DNA of 64,000 nt from Felis catus (lineage: Eukaryota): the NCBI RefSeq assembly GCF_018350175.1, contig NC_058368.1, positions 212,352,001 through 212,416,000 of the forward strand. Direction: 5' to 3'. Positions 37,831 through 51,570 of the stretch are shown here, in pieces. A program made the translations under genes and the position numbers. The notes below the pieces were generated by a model that ran no database searches, had not been told where the DNA came from, and worked only from the letters and a program-made list of their open reading frames with translations. Each line of letters begins with the position of its first letter. The first letter of the stretch is position 1.

Positions 37831-38689
37831 CCATTCTGGGGAATTTATTTTTCATTTTCATTTTTTTTCCTTTTTTTGTTTTCAAAGCTTCAAATCCACT
37901 TAATTGAAATATGTGTTTGTGAGTGAACTCTGATCATATGGTGTCTCTCAAATTGTGTACCAATATCATTGTACGAACTTGTTATACCTAAAAGTGATAT
38001 ATCACATAGAGAATGCTCAGATGAGGTAATAGATATAGGCTGTTTGTAACTCACGAAGCACTAAACAAATATGAGATGTTGTAACTAAGGTCTTCGTATT
38101 ATCAACATGTCAGTTCTGAAATCGTTGTTGAAATACCCTTGCGTCGATAGAACTTATTTCTATCATTTTATTTAGGCACTTCATTTCAGGTAACCTATTG
38201 TCTTTTCCTGACCTTTTTTTTCCCTTTGGAATAAATTAATTGAGCCTACTTTTTTGTAAATTAATAAAAAATAGTTTTTGAACACTAATAAATGTACTGC
38301 TAAGCAATTCAGTGATAAAAAGAGATCTAAGAGTCTTATGGAAGTAGGGTGGCCTTCAGTAAAACTGTAGATCTGTCATTGTTGCTTTCATTAAAATACT
38401 CTTTCCAAAAGGCGCTGATATGCGGGAAGAGGGGAAAGAACTCCAGCCTAAGAGGTTGGAGAAGTGGTGGATGTTGGTATATGTAGCAAATTTGTGACCT
38501 TAAGTGTTTAAACTTTTGCATTGAGGTGACAATGAAGACGTTTGGAAAACTATTGGTTTCTAGAAGTGAAGGCAGACACAGAAAGAAGGTAGGGAGAGAT
38601 TGATTCAGGGTGCATGGTTTGGAGGATTGTAAGGAAAAGAGAAGAAAAAACAGGAAGCACTGTGTGAAGGGAGAACACCTGCCTTTCCT

Positions 38690-39080
38690 GAGAACCTCCT
38701 GTTCTGCCAACCTCACCATACTAGCTTTTATTCTTAGGCTTATTCATTATGGTGTCAAGATGGTTTCAGTGGTTCCAGACATCACTTCCTCATTACAGGA
38801 ATATAGGAAGGTATGAGAAGTGGTCCTAACCCACCCCAGGGGCAAAAGTCTTCTCCAGAAACCCCAGTATACTTTCCTTAAATATTGGTTATATTCTCAC
38901 TATTCATCCACTGACAAATGCAGTGAGAATGATCAGTATTGGCATAGACAAATCATGGATTATCTTTTGGAAATGGGGGAAGAACTCACCTTTCCTGAAT
39001 ACATGGCTTGCACTCTGACCAAATCAGGAAGGAAAAATGAAAGGGGAAGGTACTGAATAGGCAATCAATAGTACCTGCTA
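38690..39080 (-). mobile_element. MLT1-type LTR relic
   Basis: tcaagatggtttcagtggttccagacatcacttcc..., ttctccagaaacccc, aaaatgaaaggggaagg. Confidence 0.5.
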
Positions 39081-39891
39081 CAAATGATAGGTCCAGCTGA
39101 GATCTCTTTAGACAAAAATATGCTTTTGCTTTTGTTTTTGTTTTGTTTTTGTTTTTGTATTTGTTCTGATATGGGAACAAATACTGTATAGTGGATCCTG
39201 GAAGAGATTTACATATTTATTTATTTTCTGTTTGTCCCTACTTGTATAATATACTAAATTTATTTTTCTTAACCACCTTGTCCATAGGGTATCCCAGAAC
39301 TTTAGATTTCTATAAATTCAACTTGGTAATATGAATTCTAATCCGTAGAGACTATACAGCTTCCTGATTAATTTCTTTTTGTATGAGTATAGAGATTATT
39401 TATTGGATTAAAATGTGGCTTTATTTTGTGCCTATAATATATTCCTCCCAAAGCAAATTACTGCTGAAATGATTTCAATGTCTAAGACATTTAGTAGGTA
39501 CAAAATAAAAATCCTAAGCATACAATTTCATGCTATAATATGATTTGATACTAGTAATATAGTGAGGGAGCATTGGTTTGTTTGGAAGATGAGACTTGGG
39601 GATGTGCTACTGACTCTTCTACAAACTCACTTGTGGTCTTTTCAGTTACTTCACTTCTCTGGAGCTTAATTTCATCATCTCTTGCCTTGAGAAAGTTGTA
39701 TTAGATCAATGTTTTCCTAGACTATGTTCCATGGAAAACTAACATTCTAAGAAAATTTTATTGATATATGTGAAATCTGGAGAATCTGGTCACATATACA
39801 TGGGAAATACTGGGTTAAACCAAGTTAATCACATTTCATCACTGCAGGATTCTCAGAGCCTTTGATATGCTAATATTCACTTCGAATCTCC

Positions 39892-41457
39892 AAAAGAAAT
39901 GAAAAAACATTCCATGCTCATGGACTGGAAGAACAAATATTGTTAAAATGTCAATACTACCAAAAGCAATCTACATATTCAATGCAATACCTATCAAAAT
40001 AACACCAGAATTCTTCACAGAGCTAGAACAAATAATCCTAAAATTTTATGGAACCACAAAAGATCCCATATAGCAAAGAAAACCAAAGTTAGAGGCATCA
40101 TAATTCTGGACTTTAAGCTGTATTACAAAGCTGTAATCATTAAGACAGTATGGTATTGGCACCAAAACAGACACATAGATCAATGGAATAGAATAGAGAA
40201 CCCAGAAATGGACCCACAAATATTTGGCCAACTAATCTTTGACAAAGTAGGAAAGAGTATCCAATGGAAAAAAGAGTCTCTTCCGCAAATGTTCAGGGAA
40301 AACTGGACAGTGACATGCAGAAGAATGAACCATATCACTTTCTTATACCACACACAAAAATAAGTTCAAAATGGATGAAAGACCTAGCTGTGAGACAGGA
40401 TACCATCAAAATCCCACAGGAGAAAATAGGCAGCAATCTTTTTGACTTTGGCCGCAGCAACTTCTTAATTGACATGTCTCCGGAGGCAAGGGAAATAAAA
40501 GCAAAAATGAACTATTGGGATTGCATCAAGATAAAAAGCTTCTGCACAGCTAAGGAAACAGTCAACAAAACTAAAAGGCAACCAACAGAATGGGAGAAGA
40601 TATTTGCAAATGACATATTGGATAAAGGCTTAGTATCCAAAATCTGTAAAGAACTTATGAAACTTAAGACAGAAAAAACAAAAATCCAGTGAGGAAATGG
40701 GCAGAAGACATGAATAGACACTTTTCCAAAGAAGACATCCAGATGGCTAACAGACACATGAAAAGATGTTCAAATCACTCATCATCAGGAAAATACAAAT
40801 CAAAACCACAATGAGAGACTACCTCGCACCTGTCAGAATGGCTAAAATTAACAACTTAGGAAACAACAAATGTTGGCAAGGATGTTGAGAAAGAGGAATC
40901 CTTTTGCACTGTTGGTAGGAATGCAAACTGGTGCAGCCACTTTGGAAAACAGTATAGATGTTCCTCAAAAAATAAAAAATAGGACTAGCCTATGACCTAG
41001 CAATTGCACTACTAGGTTATTTATCCAAAGGATACAAAAATGCTGATTTGAAGGGGCTGCTGATTTCTATCAGCACTATTGACAATAGCCAGATTATGGA
41101 AAGAGCCCAAAATGTCCACTGACTGATGAATGGATAAAGAAGATGTGGTATATATATACAATGGAGTACTTACTACTCGGTGATGACAAAGAATGAAATC
41201 TTGCTATTTCAACAACGTGGATGGAATTAAAGGGTATTATGCTAAGTGAAATAGGTCAGTCAGAGGAAGACAGGTATATTATTTCACTCATATGTGGAAT
41301 TTGAGAAACAACAGATAACATAGGGGAAGAGAAGGAAGAATGGGATAAGAACAGAGGGAGGCAAACCATGGGAGACTCTTAAATGCAGAGAGCAGACTGA
41401 GGGTTGCTGGAGAGGAGGTGAGTGGAGGGATGGGCTAAATGGGTGATGGGGCATTAA
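39892..41457 (+). mobile_element. Carnivore LINE-1 fragment (3' part of ORF2 and most of the 3'UTR), truncated at both ends
   Basis: Decayed ORF2 (aacattccatgctcatgg, WYWHQNRHIDQWNRIE, KIKSFCTAKET, QPTEWEKIFAN); 3'UTR stops at gggtgatggggcattaa with no poly(A). Confidence 0.93.
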
Positions 41458-43764
41458 AAAGCTATGTGACCAGAAACGTATTTTTTTTGTTTTAGTTTTG
41501 AAACCAAATTATGGTTTCAAATTATGAATTATTTAACACTTTGAAGCACAGTGAAACATTGAACTGCATAGTATTTGACTCTGCAGTTATGCAAAATTGA
41601 TGTACTTTTTGATCTCAGAATCTTTCTTTAAGGATAACAGGATGGAGGGTCTCTGTGACTAAGTCAATCATGGAATACATGTTGAAGGAGGAAAATCAGA
41701 ACTAGAATCTGAAAAATGGATCAAATTTTCATAGCTGAAGCCGAGTGAAGATATTTATGAGTAAAAGGAATGGCATGAATAAAGACATGAGCAGAAGGAA
41801 AGTGTAGTAGGTTTTGGGAAATTGTGACTGTCAGGAGTGCCCGGATTTAAAGTATATGCTGAGAAGTGGAAGGAGATAAAAGAGGAAATGTGAGTAGGTG
41901 TCAGATTGTTGAAAGTTTTGCATGTCAGAACAGAGAGGCTTTCCTCTCTATTTGAAAGCAATTTGAGGAGTTATAATGTAAGCAAAGTGATATAAAAGGC
42001 AGCTTAATCTGGGGTAATGTGGAAGATGGATTGGAGTGTAGGCTGAAAGTGGATGACTTTGTGATATGGACTTGAATTTGAATGAGGTTGGTGGCAATGG
42101 GAACAGAATGGAAGGGATGACTGGCTATTTCTGAACATTAGAGGAATCTGGAGTGTCTGTTTCTATCCAGAAAACACTGGAGAGTTTGCTGGATATGGAG
42201 AGAGACAGATCCAGCAAGAGAAATTACTCAAGAGGAATAAAGACTCATGTTTTTTTAGGGAACTAAGAATTTAAAGAGGAGTGCTGGTTGCTTGGTTTGT
42301 TTGTTCACTCACTTGTTTTTTGTTCACTCATTTATTCATTCATCAGGAACTGATTGATGACTACACTGTGTAGGTAAATGTGTATGAGGACATTGTAGCC
42401 TTTTTCCTAATTCACTGCTAACAATTTGCAGTGAGGTCCTTGTATATTCTTACAGCTTATTCTCACTGATATACAAGGAAGGTGTATTACTTCATTAAAA
42501 TAATAAAAAAAAATTGTAATTGCATTAAAATATTTCTTTTTATATATATTTTTTATTCCTCTAATTTGCTAAATTGTTAGAGCACATGATTTAAAACTAC
42601 ACTGGACAATGGTTTCTTATGCGATAAATATTTTGAGTCCCATAATCTACGTTAAGGGAATGTGAGGATTCAAGTGACACGATGAATTAGAACCGCTTAT
42701 CTGCATTTAATGCTCAAGAGGGATAATTATTGCTATTATCTCTCCTCTTCCTATTGTTTGTTATTACTATTACTACTGCTACTACTACTGTCACTACAAT
42801 TGTTGTATGATAGTTGTGACTTCCTTTGGCTTTGGGTAAACCTCCAGCATATTCATTTGTAACTTCGATTTCTACTGTCCTATCTGTGCAGAAATGGGTT
42901 GAAATGGGGGTCCATAATAGATTGAATGAATTCCTGTGTAAAGTAGGCCTTGACATTTGGGAGAGTCTGAGAGGTTGAAGGCTGTGGTTCCTTGTGATCT
43001 GTTGGCATGAAGGGCCCTCAGAATATACTTGTGTGTGTGCTTGTGAGCATGTGCACATGTGTGTTCATGTTTGGCATGAGTGGTCATGAGTGTTTATATT
43101 TTAAGCGGTTTATTTGGATCTGAGATATTATTTAGCTAATTTTAATATTCTTTGCTTCTTTTTCCTTAACACTTTGGGGGTTTTCTTGGTTATTTTAAAG
43201 AAACTGTGGGGAAAGTCATGCTGAAGGAGAGGTAAGAAGGCCACTTTAATGTTGCTAGTCTCCCTGCTCTTCGCTCCTCTGCCGCCTCTTAACTTTGCCT
43301 CCTTTAACACTTGAACTCTGGACTCAGGATTTTTAAAGATAGGAACACATTTTTAGAAATTTTTGGAGTAAAAGAAAAATATGTATTCTCAACTCTACTT
43401 AGAAATCATGATAGTTATCATATTTAACATTAGGAAAATTGCAGTCCCCCATGATTCATGCCCTAGATTTTTCCCTTTGCTTTCATGTCTGTGCAAACAT
43501 TTCCTGGCTTGTTTGAGTTCTCATCCATCCCAAGAGGGGAAAATCACAGATCATAACCACTGCTGACTGAAATCTATGCACTGGGCATGTGAAAGAGGAA
43601 GGAACAAAAGCTCAAGCCTACTGCTTCCAGCAAATTGAATGTGGATTTGGTGACTTCCTCCTCTGGGATTTTCTGTTTTGTTTTGTTTTTCTTTGCTTTT
43701 TTCCCTTTTGGCCTCTTCTTGGAACAACAACCTAGGAAATATTTTCATTCCCCCAAATTATTAA

Positions 43765-44480
43765 TGCATTCATTCAGTCAGCATATATTTAGTAAGCAGC
43801 TGTTTTGTGCCAGGTACTGTTTCAAGCCCTGGTACATAACAGTAATATATAACAATGAACAAAACAGACAAAAATACCCGCCTTTATGGAAATTGTGGTT
43901 CTTGTGGGGACATAATTTTATACACACACACATACACACACACATAAATATAATTATACTATAGGTATTATTTCATATATGTATAGTATATATGTACACA
44001 TCTATGCATAATATATGCATGACATAACATATATATATATAATATGCCTACATAGTATACATATATAAAAATATACATCTATACATAAGATATATAAACA
44101 TACCCATAGTAAATTAGGCAGTGATGAGAGGTAAAATGAGGAAAGGGAAATAGTATTAGGAAGGGGAAGCATTGAAATTTTAAATGGGGGGTCTTAGGGA
44201 AGATTTGTGAAGAAGGTAAGGTCTCCAATGCATGGAGACATTCCAGGCAGAGGGCCTATTTTGCAGAGACCTGAGGAAAGGGGAGGAAATAAGGGCATGG
44301 GCCACGGAGTCTGATTATATAGAACCTTGGAGATCTAATGAGGGCTTGGGCTTCTACTTCATGTGACATGGAAATCATTGGAGGATTTTGAGCAGAAGGT
44401 GACATGATCTGACTTCCGTGGTAAAATGCACTGACAAGGGCAAGGACAGAATCAGGGGGATGAACTAACAAACTACTTGG
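43765..44480 (-). mobile_element. L2 LINE 3' portion, interrupted by a (TA/CA) tract
   Basis: cattcattcagtcagcatatatttagtaagc..tgtgccaggtactg; ggaaatcattggaggattttgagcagaaggtgacatgatctgactt. Confidence 0.75.
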
Positions 44481-46630
44481 GAATCTGAGGGTTGGTTTTC
44501 AGTTTCTTCCAGGTAGTTCTTTCCATCAGACCTACATTTCTGATTCGTAACTTGTATATGTCCCATATCCAGTTCATGGGAATCCCTTCATCATCTTTGC
44601 CTCAGTAAACAGTGAATGCATCAGCAACTTTTTCCTTTGATGAAACTGCAAGCCTACGTATCTCTTGTTCTTTAGAATTTTCAGGTAGGAGTCAGACACC
44701 AGTTCACTAGGTTCCTCTCTAACAGAAAGAGATTGATGATAAATTTTCTGAGTCCTCTCTTTGTCCTCTATCTCTCTTGACTGGAGTCAAGAAGGCAGAA
44801 TTCATTTTACCCTTAGAAAGGGATGGATTCATATAATGCCAAGAATTTTCTCTACAGAAATCTTCTTAAGAAATCCTCCCTGAGTAATAAATATCATTGA
44901 AGCCCCTCTCATTAGACTTGGTTTTAGGAGCTAGGACTTCTCCCACATACCTTTCATGGAAGAAAAGAGGGAGGGTATCCTTTGAGGAAATCTTTCTCCC
45001 CAAGCTCTATTCTTCCCTCATCTTTTATTCCTTAGATGCAAGTGAGGGACTCCAAAGTTTTATAAACATTTTTTAAAAATTCCACCTTTTAAAATTTGCA
45101 TCTTGGTCTGGCACTTCACCCTGAAATGTCATAGCTATTATATCTTGATGCCTTGCTTGCAATATCATGTTACAAAGAAAAGGATTATTTGCTAACTTAT
45201 GCCTTGGTAATGACTATCAATAAATAAGAATATGTTTGGCAGGGGGAGAAAAGAACATTCAGGATGTCATATCATTATGTCTTGGCATGGTGACATGCAT
45301 GTAGTAGATACTTAAATATTTGTTGAAAGAATGATTGAGCTTCGTGCTTTCAGTGGAAACTGAAAAGTAAATTCATATTTGGAAAACAGTTCATGATCAG
45401 AATTAAGTCCACCCCTCATAAGGATAGTGCAGGTAAAGTAATTGTGTGCTCACTCTACATCAGACTCCAAAATATTGTGTTTTTTTTCCCCTGCATAGAA
45501 GTTGGTCATCAATTTTTAAGCCTCAAAGTCCTTAATGAGTCTGTAGAGCAGCTGTCACATAATTGGATAACAAGTGCTTTCATGTGGCCACCAGTCTTTG
45601 GGGTTGTAGAAGGAGTAGGAGAGCTTTCTGACTGATGGAAGAAGGGTTGTACCTTCATTTCCAGCACTCAGAGTTGAATTCAAGAAAAATGTTTTAGAAA
45701 TGATGATGATAAATACTGGAACACTGCTTTAACATGCTCTGTTCTAATATGGGATTCACACTTAGACTCTGTATTGCTTCTTATAAATAAATGTATGTCA
45801 AGAGGATACTATGCCCCAAGTCATAAACTAGAAGACAGTGTATAGTGTGAAAGGCTAAATAACAGTATAGGAATGGTTGTGAGACATTTCATAGTTAATT
45901 GCCAGTGAGATGTCTAAACAATGAGTTCTGTGAGAACAGGTGACGAAAACAATCACTATGGAATGGGGAGGAATGTGAAGGCTTTTTAGAAGATTAGAGA
46001 AGGCAGCTTTATGCTAAGTCTCTATCATATAAAGTTTGGTATTCATGTAACATATTTCATGTGAGTGTGAAATATACAAATCACTTAATCACTCTGTGAC
46101 TCAGATTTTCATCTACCCTTTATTTTATCACCTTCTTTGAAATTGAGGTATATAATACATATTTAGAAAAGTACCCCAAATGGTTTAATGAATAACAGTT
46201 CAATGAAAAACAATTTAATGAACAAATAAAATAAAATAAAATAAAATAAAATAGCCATACACATAATTGCAGTTACACAAGAGAACATGAACAGTGTTCT
46301 AGATGTCTTGTGTCTCTTCTCAAGCACCACTCCCTTGCTCTTGGCTTGAGGTAACTGCTGTCCTGCATTTTGTGGCAATGATTTCTTTACTTTTCTTTTA
46401 ATTTTGTATGTTGTGTGATATAAAAGAAAAATTTCCCAACTCTGGTCTGGAATAGAACCTTTCTGTGTGATGTAATTTATAACAAATTTCTTGGTAAAGA
46501 TTAGTGTTTCTGAGAGAGCCCCTGAACACTTTTCTAATGGACTTTAATGAGATTAAGGTTTGTTTCAGAAATTAATTACCCATTAGTTTGGTTCTCATTT
46601 GACTATCAGTCAAAAACCTACTACCTTTAT

Positions 46631-46844
46631 GGGGCACCTGGGTGACTCAGTCGGTTAAGTGCTGGACACTTGATTTCAGCTCAGGTCATGATCTCACGGT
46701 TCATGGGTTGGGGTCCTGCATCAGGCTTCATGCTGGCAGTGCAGAGCCTGCTTGAGATTCTCTCTCTCTCTCTCTCTACACCTCTCCCACTCTCTCTCTC
46801 TCTCAAAAGTAAATAAACTTTAAAAAATGGATTTTCTATTTAAA
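46631..46844 (+). mobile_element. CanSINE with bipartite tail
   Basis: Complete element; TSD aaaaacctactaccttta (46612-46629) and aaaaatctactaccttta (46845-46862). Confidence 0.93.
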
Positions 46845-47049
46845 AAAAATCTACTACCTTTAACAAGACTCTCATCTTTATATGTCTAGACTAGGATGAC
46901 TACCTAATCATTTTCTTTTTCTACAAAATATACCTACAAAGAATAAATATTTGAATAAGTCTCTAGGTATCTTTTCCCTTGTGTGCAAAATGTAAAACAA
47001 AACAAAACAACCCCCCCCAACTTTGATATCTTCTTATAACTAAATAGTC

Positions 47050-48690
47050 TGAAAAGTTTATTGGAATGGTATACATTGCTAAATAATAATAATTTTAGTG
47101 TTGCACATTTTTGAACTTCATAAAAATAGATTCATATTTTATCTTATTGTCATCTTTGCTTCTTTTGCTTAGTGTTTTGTTTTTAAGAGCCAACCATCTT
47201 ATTATATATAGTTTTTATTCATCTTTATTGCTGTGTGTAGTATTGCATTGTTGATACATATTAAAATTTATTCATTCTACTGTTGATGGATACCTTGTTT
47301 CCAGTTTTGGACTGTTAAGGATAAGACTGCTACCAATGTTCTTATATATGTATTTTAATGCAAATATGCAAGAGTTTTTCTAGGGAATGTACCCAGGGGT
47401 AGAATTGCTGGGTCACAGGATATGTATATATTCAATTTTAGTAGATAATATACATTTGTTTTCCCAGGGTAGTTGTACCAATTTGTATTCTCAGCAGTAT
47501 AGTGTGAGAGTTTCCATTTGCCCCCATTTCCTCACTTAACATATGCTGGTTTTAGACTCAAAATTTTCTTAATTGGTTCAGAGTACAGTGGAATCTCATT
47601 TTGGTTTTGACTTGTATTTGTCTGATTAGGCATGAGGTTGAACACATTAACATATATTTATTGATTGCTTGGATTTTTTTTCTTTCATGATGTTCCTACT
47701 CAAGCTATTGGGCAGTCTAAAGCCCTTTGTTGCAATTATCTTCTCCCACATTATGCTGTTTTTATACCATTTCCAATAAAATCAAATTTAACAATCTTTT
47801 CCTTTATACTGTGTGGTGTGTGTGCATACATGCACATACAAATACATTCTGATGTTAAAATATTTTCGTAAGTTACTTAATTCATTTATTCTAACAGGTT
47901 TTTTGGTGGAGTCTTAAGGCAATTTTACATATAAAATTATGTCATCTATAAACAGAAATAATTTTTCTGTTTCCTTTTTAATTTAGCTGCCTTTTATTTC
48001 TATGTCTTGTCTGACTGCTCTTACTAGTACTTCCAGTACTATGTGGAATGAAAGTGGTGAGAGTGGGGACACCTGGGTGGTTCAGTCAGTTAATGTTCTG
48101 ACTCTAAATTTTGGCTCAGGTCATGATCTCATGGTTTGTGAGATCCAGCCCCACAGTGGGCTGTATGCTGACAGTGTGGAACCTGCTTGGGAGTCTCTCT
48201 CTCCCTCTCTCTCTGCCCCCATTACCATATGCTGTCTCTCCCTTTCAAAAAATAAAAAATAAACATTAAAAAAGTAGTGAGAGTGGACATCCTTGTCTTA
48301 TATTGGATCTTAGAGGAAAAGCTTTCTTTTGTTTTCCTACTGATTATAATTTTAGCTGTGGGATTTTCACAAATGGCCTTTATTGTGTTGAGGAAATTTC
48401 CTTTTATACCTATTTTGTTGAGAATTTTCTTATCATGAATGGATGTTGAATTTTGTTAAATGTTTATTTTGCTTCTATTGAGATGATCATGTAGTTTTTA
48501 TTTTTCAGTTTGTTAATGTGGTGTATCACATTGATTGATTTGCATATGTAAACCAACCTTGCATCCCAGGGATAAATCTCACTTGGTCATATTGTAACAG
48601 TTCTTTATACAATTTGTATATCAGTCCTTTGTCATATATATATATTCTGCAAATGTTTTCTCCAGGTCTGTGGTCTCTCTACTCATTTTC
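47050..48690 (-). mobile_element. Old L1 fragments (3'UTR-like relic plus ORF2 RT-region relic)
   Basis: gtagaattgctgggtca, atgtcatctataaacaga (reverse of an FADDM-like region), tcttagaggaaaagcttt, ccttgcatcccagggataaatc. Confidence 0.75.
48065..48270 (+). mobile_element. CanSINE
   Basis: Complete element; TSD aaagtggtgagagt and aaagtagtgagagt. Confidence 0.93.
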
Positions 48691-48723
48691 TTGATCCCTC
48701 AGCTTATTAACCATAGCTATTTT

Positions 48724-48961
48724 ATTATTTTTTTATTTTTATTATTTTTATTTTTTTTAACGTTTATTTATTTTTGAGACAGAGAGAGACAGAGCATGAA
48801 CAGGGGAGGGGCAGAGAGAGAGGGAGACACAGAATCGGAAACAGGCTCCAGGCTCTGAGCCATCAGCCCAGAACCTGACACGGGGCTTGAACTCACAGAC
48901 CGCGAGATCGTGACCTGAGCTGAAGTCGGATGCTCAACTGACTGAGCCACCCAGGCGCCCC
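48724..48961 (-). mobile_element. CanSINE (felid type)
   Basis: Complete element; perfect TSD aaccatagctatttt at 48709-48723 and 48962-48976. Confidence 0.97.
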
Positions 48962-49260
48962 AACCATAGCTATTTTAAATTCCCAGTCTTTGATGATAAT
49001 TCTAACATCCCTGGTATATCTGAGTGTGGTTCTTATGCTTGCCCTGTGTTTTTTGCCTTCTAGTATGCCATGTAAGTTGGTTGAAAGTGGGATGTAATAT
49101 ATGGGATAAAAGTAACTTCAGTATATAGGTATTATTGATGTGGTGGTAAGGTATTGTGGGAGGGGAAGCATTCTATAGAATGCTCTATGATTATGTCTTA
49201 GGTTTTTAGTGAGCCTGTGGCCTGAGCTGTGACCTTCAAAAGTGTCCCCCCCCCCCCGCT

Positions 49261-49263
<3 letters not shown>

Positions 49264-49291
<28 letters not shown>
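49264..49291. repeat. (AC)n microsatellite next to a poly-C run
   Basis: Direct reading. Confidence 0.9.
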
Positions 49292-50219
49292 TCAGGTGGG
49301 ACAGGAAGACTAGAAGAGACTGCATTTATTATTATTATTTTATTATATTCAATACTTTATTTAATCTTCAGAACAGTTGTATAATACCCTCTTATAGAGG
49401 AGTAAACAGACACAGAGTGGTTAAGCTCCTCACTAAATATCACTCATTGAGTAAGTGGCAGAGCCAGAATTCAAACCTAGGCTTTCTGATCACTAATCAT
49501 GCTCAATCACTACTGTTTACCTTCTGTTAAAGAAAGAGGCTGTAATTATATATTTCCCTTCCTCCGCATCAAATGCTACAGAGTATTGGAGCTGGGTATT
49601 TCCCTTCCTACAGGTCTCTTACATTCTAGTGAAATAGTTTATTTTGTTAAGAAGAACACAATGCTTGGGCTTGTTTCAAAATGAATACTTTTCTTCTCCC
49701 CCTGATGTAAACATGAAAGGATTTTTTCTCTAATCATCTCTGGGAAAACCTCATGGGGGAATACCCACAAAAGTGAAAGAGCCCCCACTTTCCCCAAGAC
49801 TGTCCCTCCCTGGAAATTTTAGCTCTCAAATTTGTTCACACTGAGTTTCTAGTAATTCATCAAGTATATTCTAGATTTTTCTACCCTGGTACTGGTTTCC
49901 ACGGAGGTTTTTGCTCCTGGGTTTTTGGTTTAGTAAGTTATGATTCTCTCTATCTTCCTGTCTCCTCTCAGAATTTGGAGGCAGTGGTTTGTTTGTGATC
50001 TTGATTTGGTGATAGATCTAAGAAAAGTTGTTGATTCCCAGTTTGTTGTGGAGAAATAGTGAGTGACTAGTGGATATGTTTCTTTTGAGGTGATGACAGT
50101 GTTCTAAAATTGATTGTGGTGATGGTTGTGTAATTCTGTGAATATCTAAAAACCACTGACTTGTATACTTTATGGATGAATTGTATGCTTTGTGAGTTCT
50201 ATCTAAATAAAGCTATTTC

Positions 50220-50716
50220 CCAGGTCTCCTATAAAAAATTAGCACAGAAATTTATTCTCTTGCAGTTTTGGAGGCCAGAAGTACAAAATTAGTTTCACTG
50301 GGCTTAAATTAAGGTGTTGGCAGAGGCTATTCTCCCTCCAGAGGCTCTGGGAGAAAATTCCTTTTTTGTCCTATCCACCTTTTGGTGGCTGCTGACATTC
50401 GTTGGCTTGTGGCTGTATCACTCCCATGTCTGCTTCTGTGGTCACATTGCTTCTCTTCTGTGTGTCTGTGTGTGTGCATTTGATGTTTCTTATAAGGATA
50501 CATGTGATTGCATTTAGGACTTACCAGAATATCCAAGATAAACTCTACGTCTCAAAGGGTGCCTGGGTAGCTCAATTGGTTAAGTGTCCAACTCTTGATT
50601 TCAGCTCAGGTCATGACCTCAGAGTTTGTGGGCTCAAGCCCCGCATCTGCATTGACAACTCAGAATCTCTTTGGGATTCTCTCTTTCACTCTTTCTCTCT
50701 CTGCCCCTCCCTGGCT

Positions 50717-50758
<42 letters not shown>

Positions 50759-50910
50759 GTAAATAAATAAATTTAAAACAACTCCTCATCTCAACTCATC
50801 TCAAGATCCTACATCTATAAAAAAACCTTTTTCCTTATAAGGTAGCATTTACAGGTTCCACAGATTAAAGGCTGATATCTCTGGGGGGGGGCATTATTTG
50901 ATTTACCACA
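50220..50910 (-). mobile_element. MLT1-type MaLR solo LTR (interrupted by a SINE)
   Basis: cagaaatttattctcttgcagttttggaggccagaagt, aaggtgttggcag, gaggctctgggagaaaattcc, cttataaggatac, aggtagcatttacaggttcca, ends ttaccaca. Confidence 0.8.
50557..50778 (+). mobile_element. CanSINE
   Basis: gggtgcctgggtagctc..., long (CT)n, aaataaataaa tail. Confidence 0.93.
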
Positions 50911-50930
50911 AATCCAAAAGGCCTATTTTT

Positions 50931-51171
50931 ATTTTTCTTAATTTTTATTTATTTTTTAATGTTTATTTTTGAGAGAGAGAGAGAGAGAGCACACGAGTGC
51001 ATGTGAGCGAGGGAGGGGCAGAGAGAGAGAGACAGAGAGTCCCAAGCAAGCTCCGGGCTGTCAGTGCAGAGCCAGATGCGGGGCTCGAATTCACAAATGG
51101 AACCATGAGATCATGACCTGAGCCGAAATCAAGAGTTGGACGCTTAACCAACTGAGCCACCCAGGCGCCCC
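50931..51171 (-). mobile_element. CanSINE
   Basis: Complete reverse-strand element ending ccaggcgcccc. Confidence 0.95.
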
Positions 51172-51529
51172 ATTAAAAGGGCTGTTTTTAAAAAACATTT
51201 CCTGATGTCTGTAGGGGCCACACATACCATAAATTGTTTATATTTGATAGTAGGATTTAGGAAAAAAGACCAAATGATCACTTAATCTCATGGGTCTACT
51301 AGCTGGAAACTATTTGGATATCCATGCTGTATTTAATAACCAAGCCAAGAATTTTGGATATCATTAGCTTATGGACTTTTCAAGTTTTGGGCTATCTAAG
51401 GCTTTGTCTTGGCTTTGTGATAAACATGGTGTGTGTTTGTGACTAGCTGGGATGTCCCGGTTTTGCTTGGTTCATATCAAGTGCTAATACTTCCCAGAAA
51501 CCTCACAGGGTCAGGAACCGTTTTTGTGG

Positions 51530-51532
<3 letters not shown>

Positions 51533-51568
<36 letters not shown>
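51533..51568. repeat. (TG)n microsatellite
   Basis: Direct reading. Confidence 0.95.

Positions 51569-51570
<2 letters not shown>

Noticed and set aside
40264..40757. 142-aa and 81-aa ORFs
   Set aside because: Frameshifted sense and antisense readings of a decayed L1 ORF2.
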